Below, piece by piece: positions 21,151 through 30,070 of a DNA stretch of 64,000 bases. The position numbers were made by a program, and so were the translations under genes. The stretch is from an uncultured Prevotella sp. (GTDB lineage Bacteria; Bacteroidota; Bacteroidia; Bacteroidales; Bacteroidaceae): contig URCI01000007.1 of assembly GCA_900546345.1 (NCBI GenBank), forward strand, positions 26,311 to 90,310, written 5' to 3'. A model generated the notes under the pieces. The model searched no databases, was not told the origin of the DNA, and saw only the letters and a list, made by a program, of their open reading frames with translations. The first letter of the stretch is position 1; every line of letters starts with the position of its first letter.

Positions 21151-22494
21151 TTACGGCATCTTCGGCGTCATCTTAAAGCGTACGTTGCGGGAGAGTGTCT
21201 CCGTGGTGCCGTCGGTCTTCGTGATGGTGGCTTGCAGACGGTAGACGGCGGAGGTACCTTCGGTGAAGCCGATGCTGGCCTCTACCCAGTTCATGGTGCT
21301 GTTCCAGTAAGGCGCTCTGGCAAAGAAACCTTTGGGGTTGCTGCCCGTGACGAGCGTCCAGGGCTGGGAGGCGAATGTGGGCTTGACGGAAGCGGTGACG
21401 TCGCTGTCATCGCTCAACTTCTTGATCTTTGGTACGAGGTGGATGTCGCCGTAGTAGGAAAAGCCCAGGTCGAGGCTCCGTCCGTCGTCATGGACGGTGG
21501 GCGGAAGGACGCCGATGGCCGTGAAGTAACGCACGTCGAACGTGAGCTTATAATCGTCGAGGGTGATCGGTATGATGCGGTAGTCGTTGCGCCCGATCTC
21601 TGTCCAGTTGAGGATGGCGTAGCGTGTCTGTGTGGTGGTGCCGTCGCTCTTCAGTGTGTTCAGTGTGAGTTCAAACTGAGCAGGATTCTTGGCGCGGCTC
21701 TCGTTGAGATAGAATGTCAGGGATTGCGTGCCGTTATTGGCCGCTACCGTTTGGTTGGCGGTGGGGACGATGAAGGTGCGGGCCGAGCGGGTAGCTGTTG
21801 TTGCCAAGTGAGGTCTACAGACCATACCCGCTACGGAGTCATCGGGGAGGAGATAAAGATTGGGGGCAGACGATGTGCCATCATCGGTGACATCGGAGAG
21901 CTGCACTTGGGTCACTTTGATGTCCGAGCCCGTGACGTTGGTCAGGTCAAGGCGCAGCTTTGCCACCATGCGCACGACCTCAAGGTCGATCTCCGTCGTT
22001 TTCTTGGCTACCGTCACGGTCTGCTTGTTGCTCATCGGGATGCCGTCGGTGAAGTCCGATAGGGCATCTTTGTTGCCACTCACGGCAATGGTCTTGTTGT
22101 CGAAGTCAGCAGGCAGTGTGGTGCTGGTGGCTTCGAGGCCTAAGTCCGACAGGGAGATGTTGGCAAACGAGTAGAAAGTATATTCCCCTTCGTCGAGGTG
22201 CACATTGGCGTACTCGTCGCTCTCAGCGTCGCTGAGGTTGTCTTTGGTGAGTATCTGCTTGATGGCATTGCCCTGCGCGATGACGATGACATAGTTTTTC
22301 ATCATCTCGCCGCTTACAGCATTGCCATCGTTGGCGCGCGAGGACAGTCCGTCCGTGCTGACGTTGCGTGCCGAGAGGTGAAGGTCGACAGTGGCCTGCG
22401 TGCCATTGTCGGCCGTGCCGGTGTCGGCATCGTTGGAGCAAGCTGCCGTGACGAGCAATGCCAACAGGGTGATGATGGTCGTGTATATCTTCAT
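21151..22494 (-). CDS. type V pilus accessory/tip pilin (lipoprotein)
   Basis: Lipobox VTAAC, propeptide ending SSR/A, VRMVAKL, IGRNDYRII motifs; extra C-terminal domain. Confidence 0.72.
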   Translation of the reverse strand: MKIYTTIITLLALLVTAACSNDADTGTADNGTQATVDLHLSARNVSTDGLSSRANDGNAVSGEMMKNYVIVIAQGNAIKQILTKDNLSDAESDEYANVHLDEGEYTFYSFANISLSDLGLEATSTTLPADFDNKTIAVSGNKDALSDFTDGIPMSNKQTVTVAKKTTEIDLEVVRMVAKLRLDLTNVTGSDIKVTQVQLSDVTDDGTSSAPNLYLLPDDSVAGMVCRPHLATTATRSARTFIVPTANQTVAANNGTQSLTFYLNESRAKNPAQFELTLNTLKSDGTTTQTRYAILNWTEIGRNDYRIIPITLDDYKLTFDVRYFTAIGVLPPTVHDDGRSLDLGFSYYGDIHLVPKIKKLSDDSDVTASVKPTFASQPWTLVTGSNPKGFFARAPYWNSTMNWVEASIGFTEGTSAVYRLQATITKTDGTTETLSRNVRFKMTPKMP

Positions 22495-22501
22495 ACTGAG
22501 G

Positions 22502-23632
22502 TTACATAACAATGGTAGGATGCGTTTCCACATTCCACTTCCTTACCGTGAGCTTCACGCTGAGCGTGCGCTCGGAGTTTTTATAGATGGTATATTGGTA
22601 CCAGTGGTTGCGCACGATGTCGTATGGCGAGCCGGTGGGTGCGTCGTTGCTGTCGTATTGTGCGAACTGCAATGTGTAGGTCTTCCCCTCTGATGTGCCG
22701 TCGGGCTTGCGCAACATGACGGAGATTGTCGCCGGCGTGACCCCCGCGGAGGTGTTGTCGTATTCCGGCAGATAGAGGTTCTTCGATGTTGTTGAGGCGG
22801 TCGAAGCGGTGAAGTCGAGGGGTGTCGTCTGTAAGACGGCGGCCTCGTCTCCGGTAGCGGCGTAGATGTGCTCGCTTTGGTTGAAGGAGAGTGCTTGTGT
22901 GTCGTTGAGGCCGTCCACCCATGAGGGCAGGCAATAGCCTTTGTTGTTCCACCGGTTCATGGTGATGCGCTCGATGGTCCATCCCTTCATGATGGTCTCA
23001 TCGAGCTGTACGGTGACCTTGGCCGTGGCGCGCAGCATGTAGACATCGTCGAGGGTCTGCTGTGTACCCGGTGTGGCGGTGAAGCTGACACTGCGCACGC
23101 CCCACATGGGAATATAGGTTGGGTTGGCCGGATCAAAAGTATAGGATGCACCGAGAATGTCGGTGGACGTGGATGTCCATGCTGCTGTCGACGGCGTGTC
23201 CATGTTGGCATAGACCACCATGCGGCCGGCGAACTGATTGTTGACCAGATCGTCTGCGGGTATGTCCATCCTGCCGACGATGTGGTAGACGTTTTTCTTT
23301 GTAGCGTCGCGGTAGGCGGTCATGTTGTCGACTTTGCCCACGTAGTCACCGCTTGTATTGTAGAAATACACGTTGAGCTTATCGACGTCGATGGCATTCT
23401 CGTAATCGTCGGCCTCGCCTTGTGGATCGTAGTTCTGCCAGGTGCCTGTACCCTCTGGTGGTGCCGTGGCGCGTGTGCCCGTCGATGCTTCGTTGACCGA
23501 GAGCGTGAACTGCACGGTGATGGCGTTGCCGTTTTTGTCATCATCGTCCTGGCCCGAGCACGCGGCGAGCGTACCGGCAATGAGGACTGCCAGCATGGCT
23601 GTGGAGCACAAGTGCAAGAACTTAGTTGTCAT
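22502..23632 (-). CDS. type V pilus minor pilin (lipoprotein)
   Basis: Lipobox LAAC, TR/A cleavage motif, IPMWG, MLRATAKV, IVRNHWY, C-terminal W strand. Confidence 0.75.
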   Translation of the reverse strand: MTTKFLHLCSTAMLAVLIAGTLAACSGQDDDDKNGNAITVQFTLSVNEASTGTRATAPPEGTGTWQNYDPQGEADDYENAIDVDKLNVYFYNTSGDYVGKVDNMTAYRDATKKNVYHIVGRMDIPADDLVNNQFAGRMVVYANMDTPSTAAWTSTSTDILGASYTFDPANPTYIPMWGVRSVSFTATPGTQQTLDDVYMLRATAKVTVQLDETIMKGWTIERITMNRWNNKGYCLPSWVDGLNDTQALSFNQSEHIYAATGDEAAVLQTTPLDFTASTASTTSKNLYLPEYDNTSAGVTPATISVMLRKPDGTSEGKTYTLQFAQYDSNDAPTGSPYDIVRNHWYQYTIYKNSERTLSVKLTVRKWNVETHPTIVM

Positions 23633-23658
23633 AGCGTGTCTCATAAATAAGGAGTCGC

Positions 23659-24696
23659 TTACAGGTCGGCACTTTGCAGCACGACCCTCCACGAGTTGAT
23701 GTAGATAGAGGCTGAGAGCCAGTTGTGTTGGTTGTCGATGAAGAACACCATGTCGTAGTGGTCCTCACGGTCGAGGTATTCCTGGTCGCTGATGTTCTTG
23801 TTGTAGTTGCCTTTCACAAGGAGGCAATAGTCGATGACAGGGATGTTGACCACCTCTTTGCCGTCGCTCTTGTTGATGATATGCAGTCGCATGTCGTGAC
23901 CCTTGATGAGGCGGTTGGTGGTGATCTCGGCGACAACGGCCGAGACACTCGTCACGGTGTTGTCACTGCCCGTCGCTACGCCGGCCTCTCCGCTGGTCAC
24001 TGACCAGGCGTGGTAGGTGAGCTGCTCGTCGTCTGTGACGTTGTTGTTGCAGTCGAGTTTACCGTTGTTGTCGGTGAGATAGAAACTGAAGTCTTCGGGA
24101 CTGAGGTTGGCACCACTGAGATTTTGCAGGACGATGCGGAAGACATTGGTGTCCTTGGTGAGGTAGACCGTGGCCTCGCGCACGCCACCATATTGATAGT
24201 CGGTCATGTCGACGTTGCGCGCCACGCCAAAGAAGAGCGGCGTGAGGTCGTGGTTGACCTCTGCGTTGTTGCTGTTGACGGTGGTGGAGAGCGATGTGGT
24301 GTCGTTGCTGTCGATGACATCAGCGCCGAAGGTGTAGGAGTGGTCGTAGCGATTCTCGCCCGTGGCCCATACACGGAAGGTGTAGGTGCCTGGAGCGAGA
24401 TGGTCAAGATCCATATATCCACGGCTCACGATGGAAGCCACGTCCTCCGACTGTCGGTAGACAATCCTTCCCGAAGCGTCGCTGGCATAGAGTGTGACGG
24501 AGTCGACCTCATGCGCAAAGGCGTCGGAGAACAGCATATTCATGTCGAAGACAAAGCGTACACGCCGGTAGGTGGTACAGTCCTGTCCGCTGTCGGCCTC
24601 CATCATGCCGCAGGAGGAGAGGAGGAGGGCACCGATCGCTATGAAGAGGAGCGAGAGGCGACGCAGAAGTGGGGAATATCGATGAGCTTTCAACAT
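23659..24696 (-). CDS. FimB/Mfa2-family anchor pilin
   Basis: Lipobox LLSSC, LTKDTN, QEYLDREDHY and INSWRVV motifs. Confidence 0.85.
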   Translation of the reverse strand: MLKAHRYSPLLRRLSLLFIAIGALLLSSCGMMEADSGQDCTTYRRVRFVFDMNMLFSDAFAHEVDSVTLYASDASGRIVYRQSEDVASIVSRGYMDLDHLAPGTYTFRVWATGENRYDHSYTFGADVIDSNDTTSLSTTVNSNNAEVNHDLTPLFFGVARNVDMTDYQYGGVREATVYLTKDTNVFRIVLQNLSGANLSPEDFSFYLTDNNGKLDCNNNVTDDEQLTYHAWSVTSGEAGVATGSDNTVTSVSAVVAEITTNRLIKGHDMRLHIINKSDGKEVVNIPVIDYCLLVKGNYNKNISDQEYLDREDHYDMVFFIDNQHNWLSASIYINSWRVVLQSADL

Positions 24697-24800
24697 TGAT
24701 TCGGGATTATGGATGATTATATGTGGGTGATGGGTGGTAGGTGGCGGGTGTTAAAGGCTTGACAAATCATTAACACCCAACACCTAACACCTAACACTTA

Positions 24801-26696
24801 TTATTTCGTAGCGTCAAGATCGGCGTTGTTGACGACAAGACGCCAAGGAAGCACGTTGATCTGTGCAGCCAAGAAGGTAGCAGCATTGTTGGGTACTACA
24901 GGTATAATCACCTTGTCAGGATCATAGACCGGCGTACCGAAGCCAGTCATGCTGTTCACATTGACATCGTAAAGATGGTTGCGCACTACACCAAGGTAAC
25001 CAATCTGCGTGTTGTTCTGAGCCAGATGACGGATGCAGTAATAATAATAGGTCATACCGGCGTTGCGCACGTCTGCGGTGTTGGCAGCCATCTCCTGATT
25101 GATGGTGGCAGCCGGAACAGCGGTATACTTGTCGTCAGAAGCCTCTACGTAGTAAGTTGTACCCTTCACACAAGGCGCCACCTGGTAATTCTTAAGAGAA
25201 CTTGTTCCTGTTGATGTTGCTGTGAAGGTGATGTCAGTGGGAGCCAGTGCAGTATAGGTCTCTTTACCGCTCTCATCTGTAGACTTTGTATAGTACTGCT
25301 TATACTCCTGGGCAATCTTTGTGCGCAGAGCCTCCGTACCGAAATAGTTGATATTCTCATAGGTGCAGATCTCTGCCGGCTCCCAGTCGGGGGCAGCCTC
25401 TGTGCCTTTGTTGTACACAAGGACAGTCTTTGCCAAGAACTTCGTAAACTCAGACTGCTCGGTATTCTTGTCGCAATCTTGATAACCTGTAAGAGTCTGA
25501 TGGGTGTTAGGCAGAGTATATAGAGAGGTGGCCTCTGTGGACAGCGATGTTGTGTAAGCGTTCCAGGATTGGTTAACCAACTGATTGTTGCTACCGCCCG
25601 CAACAGTACTATTAAAGCCTGTGCTTATTTCCCAGAAGCTACGATGATAATCGGCGGTAGACCAAGGAGTAAAACCTAAGTTTGTATTCCAAAGACTCCA
25701 ATCTTTTTCTGCGCCAAGGTCTTTCTCTAAAGCTGCATGACCATTCTGGTCAGCCAGACCCCAACCTAAGACGAGCGCATAGACTTTCCTTTCTGAAGCA
25801 TCACCGACATAGTAAGCAGGATATGCCTTACCTTTTGTGACGATGGTCGATGTTTTACCATTTGCCTCCGCTGTGATATCCTTCGTAGCAGTGATGGAGC
25901 CTAACTTGCCCTTCTCTGTCGGCACGCCCGTGCTGCTTTCAGTAGCTAAATGCGCACGCACTTTAGCATTGACGCGCTCCACAAAGACCTTTACAGGATT
26001 AGCTTTTGCAGCCTCTTCGGAAGTGGCAATATGTCCTGCTGTCTGCGTAGCACCACGAAGGGCACCATTCTCCAAATAGATGCTGTTACTCATCACAAAG
26101 CCGTTCTCGTCATGAGCGGATGATGCTAACAGCGTATTGGCACGGAGGTCGGTGAGGGACATGTCTTTCAGAGTACCTGTGTTCACATCGCCCAGAGGAT
26201 ATGGATTGAGGGCATCATTTGTGGTGAAAATCGTCGGGTTAAGGACAACAATCATAGAAGCAGGGCTGGCACCCGTGTTGTTCTGAAGCAGCAACACGAC
26301 ATCGCTCTTCGCCTCAATGCCATTATTGCTATTGTCGTCCATTGTGAATGTTGGTAAATCATCTTGATCAAAGCTCAACCAGTTGTGGTTGTCATTGTTG
26401 CTCAGACGGAAAGGTGTACCATCGGCGTTGAAGAAGTAGAAGGCGATGCTGGTGACTTTCTGCTCGTCAGCAGTACCGTCCTCATAGGTGTCATTTTTTG
26501 CGCGGGTAGCGGCTTTTGCGCCAACAGCCGGTGCATTCTGTACGCTCTGAATATTGACCGCCACATACTGCTTGGCGTCGTTGGTGACGTTCTGGCTTCC
26601 AGCGACATCATCGTCCGAACTGGAGCATGCCGTCATGCCTAAGAGGGCTGTGCCCACGAAGGCAAGGGTAGATAGAACTTTGATTGAGTTTTTCAT
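24801..26696 (-). CDS. Mfa1-family major fimbrial subunit
   Basis: Lipobox MTAC, ATR/A, FVMSNS, VERVNAKV, GMTYY, GVVRNHLY, INVLPW. Confidence 0.88.
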   Translation of the reverse strand: MKNSIKVLSTLAFVGTALLGMTACSSSDDDVAGSQNVTNDAKQYVAVNIQSVQNAPAVGAKAATRAKNDTYEDGTADEQKVTSIAFYFFNADGTPFRLSNNDNHNWLSFDQDDLPTFTMDDNSNNGIEAKSDVVLLLQNNTGASPASMIVVLNPTIFTTNDALNPYPLGDVNTGTLKDMSLTDLRANTLLASSAHDENGFVMSNSIYLENGALRGATQTAGHIATSEEAAKANPVKVFVERVNAKVRAHLATESSTGVPTEKGKLGSITATKDITAEANGKTSTIVTKGKAYPAYYVGDASERKVYALVLGWGLADQNGHAALEKDLGAEKDWSLWNTNLGFTPWSTADYHRSFWEISTGFNSTVAGGSNNQLVNQSWNAYTTSLSTEATSLYTLPNTHQTLTGYQDCDKNTEQSEFTKFLAKTVLVYNKGTEAAPDWEPAEICTYENINYFGTEALRTKIAQEYKQYYTKSTDESGKETYTALAPTDITFTATSTGTSSLKNYQVAPCVKGTTYYVEASDDKYTAVPAATINQEMAANTADVRNAGMTYYYYCIRHLAQNNTQIGYLGVVRNHLYDVNVNSMTGFGTPVYDPDKVIIPVVPNNAATFLAAQINVLPWRLVVNNADLDATK

Positions 26697-26756
26697 GCCT
26701 ATAATATTATATGTGAATACTTGCTTTTATATAAAATTTGATATGTCTATACGTCC

Positions 26757-26894
26757 ACGTGAGACCTCTCCGAGGTCTTTGCCCGTGTCGGTCTGCTACC
26801 CCCAGGTCGCTCGGTGCCGGGAGGTCGCGCTGCGCGCCGCCCTCCCGTCCCCTCGACGACCTGGGGTCATTCATGGTGTGACCCCGCCGGGGTC
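26757..26894. repeat. multi-hairpin GC-rich element upstream of the major pilin gene
   Basis: GACCTC-TCC-GAGGTC, CCCCAGGTCG...CGACCTGGGG and GACCCC-GCC-GGGGTC stems. Confidence 0.7.
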
Positions 26895-27052
26895 AGTGCC
26901 CCACCTGCGGTATCACCGGTGTCTTGTGACAAACCATTAACACCTAACACCTAACATCCAACACTTAATGACTACCGCCTAACACCCAAGATTGTAATCT
27001 TCCCCTCCCCTTTAGGGGGAGGGTGTCGCGGCCTTGGCCGCGACGGGTGGGG

Positions 27053-28369
27053 CTACATTTTCTCATACACCTCCCGTGCCTGTTGTGCCGCCTTACTTGT
27101 CCCGGCTTTGTCGAGGAAGGGCTTGGCGGCGTCGGCCTTACCCTCGTTGAGGAGGGCGATGGCGGCGTTGAGGTTGGCAGTGGGGTTGTTGGGGAACAGA
27201 CGGACGGCTGTCTGCATGACGTCGTTGAAGTCCTTGCTGCCAGGCTCGTAGGTCTGGGCCACCATGAACATCTCCTCCTCGGAGAGGAGCTCGGGCTGCG
27301 TCTTGATGATGCGCTTCGCCGTCTCTACGTCGAAGGGCTTCACCTTATACGTGATATGGTAGTCGGAATGGCGGAGGGCGGGATACCAGGTGGCGAGCAT
27401 GAACTTATACTCGTCGGGGTATTTCAGCTTGATGCGCCACTCACGGGCGTCGGGGTCGATGGTGGAGTCGCAGGCCATGCGCAGGATATCGTCCTTATGC
27501 TCGAGGTTGCTGCCCTTGATGTCGGCGATGAGACCGTCCCAGTCCTCAGGTGTCGAGGAGACGGTGAAGAGACTGGCCGGGAGGTTGACCTGTCGGCGCA
27601 CAAACTCCGTGAGGGTCTTGGCGCGGTTCTTGGCCAGGTAGGCATTGTGGTCGTAGGGGCTCTCCGGCGAGGCATAGCCATGGATGTTGATACCGCTGAC
27701 CTCCAGGTTCTTATCGGCCTTGAGAGCGATGATCGTGCTGACGATACTGTCGAGCTGTGCCGGGTTACGACGGTAGTTGGGATAGAGCGTGATCTGATCT
27801 ACGGGAAAGTCGATGTAGGCGCGCTTGTCGAGATGGCGTATTTTCACAGCCTCTACTTGCGGCCGCACCAATGGCAGATTGGGCAGATAGTGCTTCTTGA
27901 GTGTGTAGGTGGTGCCGTCCTCACGGTTGCCGCATCCGCAGAGATCCTCATGGAGCTGCACCTCATAGGTGTTGAGGTTCTTGTCCACGGGTATGGTGGC
28001 GAGATAATGCGCCTTTTGCGGCTTGCCGTTGTAGCGGCGGAGCACGGTGGCATCAGTGGCGTAGCGTCCTTTGTAATAGCCGCGCTCATACATCACTTGT
28101 TGTTTGCGGCCGTTGACAACAATCTCTGGCATCGGTTGATCCCCTTGCGCAGTATGAAGGATGGGGGTGTAGACGAGCTGCGTGTTGCTGGGCAACCGGA
28201 GAGAATCGAGGTTGAGATCCATAGCCACGGTAAGGAAGCTACCGGTGTGCTCCACTTTGACATTCTCCAGACGCATCTCGTGGTTGGCTACAGAGAGGTG
28301 GGAGCAGTCCTGCGCGTGGGCGGCAGTAAGTGAGAAAAGAGTGGTTATGGCGATGATATAGCTTTTCAT
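27053..28369 (-). CDS. DUF3868 / OmpA-like / TPR protein of type V pilus loci
   Basis: GYASPE...N..LAKNRA, PEDW, YPALR, ANLNAA motifs. Confidence 0.85.
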   Translation of the reverse strand: MKSYIIAITTLFSLTAAHAQDCSHLSVANHEMRLENVKVEHTGSFLTVAMDLNLDSLRLPSNTQLVYTPILHTAQGDQPMPEIVVNGRKQQVMYERGYYKGRYATDATVLRRYNGKPQKAHYLATIPVDKNLNTYEVQLHEDLCGCGNREDGTTYTLKKHYLPNLPLVRPQVEAVKIRHLDKRAYIDFPVDQITLYPNYRRNPAQLDSIVSTIIALKADKNLEVSGINIHGYASPESPYDHNAYLAKNRAKTLTEFVRRQVNLPASLFTVSSTPEDWDGLIADIKGSNLEHKDDILRMACDSTIDPDAREWRIKLKYPDEYKFMLATWYPALRHSDYHITYKVKPFDVETAKRIIKTQPELLSEEEMFMVAQTYEPGSKDFNDVMQTAVRLFPNNPTANLNAAIALLNEGKADAAKPFLDKAGTSKAAQQAREVYEKM

Positions 28370-28442
28370 GATCTTATTATTTTATGAGCATGATCATATA
28401 ATAATTTGCGCGTGTTCTCGTTATCTTATGCGCATGTTCGTG

Positions 28443-29054
28443 TTATTTTATGAGGTAGACAAGGGAGAGAGCGGCTTTGGTCGGGCCAACGTAGTTGCGG
28501 TGGTCTTTCTGTCCCTCGGTACGACAGACGGCGCAATACTTCTTATAAGGAGAATAAATGTATCCGGCGCCTAAAGAAGCCTCAAAGTTCCAATGCTTAC
28601 TGAGCACCCATTGGTAACCGGCCGTCAGTCCGCCACCGACATACCATCCTTTGTAGCGATGGTCTTCCAGAGCCGGGAAGAAGCCCAAGGGCAGTTTCAC
28701 GCCTCCGGCATTGTACTGTCCGCCCATGGCGTGCACGCCGACGAACCAGCCGTTGAACTTTTGGCAGAACCAATGGCGCAGTTCGGGCTGTACGACCCAA
28801 TGGCGCAGCGAACTGTGGTCGCCGCCGCTTTGCTTCCATGGATTGAGACCAAAGAACACCTGTCCAGTGGTTTTCTCGCCCAATCCCACTTCCATGCCGG
28901 CGTTAGGCGTAGTGGTTGCCCAATAAAGCATGTTGGTTTTGAGGGCTACTTCTTGTGCGTAGGCACGCGGAGTGACGAAGATGGTCATGGACAATGCCAT
29001 CGCAGCGCTCGGAAACAGGTGAGCCGCTATCAACGCAACTTTGTGAGTCTTCAT
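28443..29054 (-). CDS. DUF3575 outer-membrane beta-barrel protein
   Basis: ALKTNMLY, QPELRHW, GPTKAALSLVY. Confidence 0.88.
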   Translation of the reverse strand: MKTHKVALIAAHLFPSAAMALSMTIFVTPRAYAQEVALKTNMLYWATTTPNAGMEVGLGEKTTGQVFFGLNPWKQSGGDHSSLRHWVVQPELRHWFCQKFNGWFVGVHAMGGQYNAGGVKLPLGFFPALEDHRYKGWYVGGGLTAGYQWVLSKHWNFEASLGAGYIYSPYKKYCAVCRTEGQKDHRNYVGPTKAALSLVYLIK

Positions 29055-29182
29055 TTTATCTTGTGTCTTTTTTGTGTTTTGTGTTGTCAGCTAATCATCG
29101 AGTGAGGTAGTTATTGCTCGTACTCTTTTCTATTCTTTACCTTTCATTCTTAAAATCAGCTAATACCCTTTTTATTTTTGTG

Positions 29183-29190
29183 CAAAATTA
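29183..29190 (-). promoter_or_regulatory. -7 promoter element (TAATTTTG) for the pilus operon
   Basis: TAnnTTTG match in the AT-rich intergenic region. Confidence 0.55.
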
Positions 29191-29420
29191 CAATAATCAT
29201 GTGAAAAATAAGCAAAGTTAAGTTGTTAATTTAGATTAATTTTTATGGGCTTTATAATGCCATTTCTTTTGTTTGTAAAAGGATTATCAGTTAAAAAGAA
29301 CAATAAATAAGGCATAAATAGTAATAGAATAAAAGGAAAGTACTAAATGGGAACGTTTTGTACTTCCGTAAAGAATTATTAACAATAGATTACGTTGTTG
29401 CATCTCTGTTAATCAGCTTT

Positions 29421-29511
29421 TAGGGGCGGGTGTCCATGCCCGTCCTAACCCTCTTGGAAATAATTTCTCATGCAACTCAAGGGTTAGAACAGGCACAGAG
29501 GCCCGCCCCTA
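29421..29511. repeat. GTAG-like REP doublet (about 32-bp imperfect inverted repeat)
   Basis: TAGGGGCGGG...CTAACCCT paired with AGGGTTAG...CCCGCCCCTA. Confidence 0.75.
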
Positions 29512-29628
29512 TATCATCATCATTCATGTCTCCTCATCACAATCATCGATGTTTTTTAGATTACCAAGCGTTTTTGTCTCTATAAGACACCTTTGATGGA
29601 TGGGGATGACCGAGATATGATTTTCGTC

Positions 29629-30048
29629 TTATTTATCTTTCTCTACTTGCTCATACCGATCAGCCTTCTTGAAAGTCCAACTCTGATAAGCTGCACAGAA
29701 GGCAATGAAGACAATCACGAGATGGGCTGGCAACTGATTGAAGGCTGAGAAAGAGATGAGGTTGACAACAATCATGAGCGTGACAACCAGATAGGCAAGG
29801 CCCAGCTCCTGCATCCATTTAAGGAAAAGCACACGTTTCCTGACACCGTTGCGTGCACACTCGCGCTCGACCATCAGGCCCAAGCCTTCGTTAAACAGGG
29901 CCATTGCGATGACGAGCAGATGCACCGATGCAAGCCGGAAAATCTCGCTGTCGATGAGCCCAAACAAGGATGTAATCGTTAGAATGCCGTAGATGCACAC
30001 CAGTGAAAGACCGAACTCTTTTAGAAATTCAATTGCTTTGTTCTTCAT
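29629..30048 (-). CDS. hypothetical membrane protein (about 4 TM helices)
   Basis: Hydrophobic segments; directly downstream of the MATE gene. Confidence 0.65.
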   Translation of the reverse strand: MKNKAIEFLKEFGLSLVCIYGILTITSLFGLIDSEIFRLASVHLLVIAMALFNEGLGLMVERECARNGVRKRVLFLKWMQELGLAYLVVTLMIVVNLISFSAFNQLPAHLVIVFIAFCAAYQSWTFKKADRYEQVEKDK

Positions 30049-30070
30049 AAGCGGCAAATGAGATAATCAG

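Noticed and set aside
15687..26696. Diversity-generating retroelement acting on pilins or the adhesin
   Set aside because: No reverse transcriptase and no template/variable repeat pair noticed.
29120..29343. Possible invertible promoter for the pilus operon (GTACT...TATTCT..TTAC arms around the -7 motif)
   Set aside because: The arms align only with several gaps in AT-rich DNA and no recombinase is adjacent. Read-orientation data would be needed.
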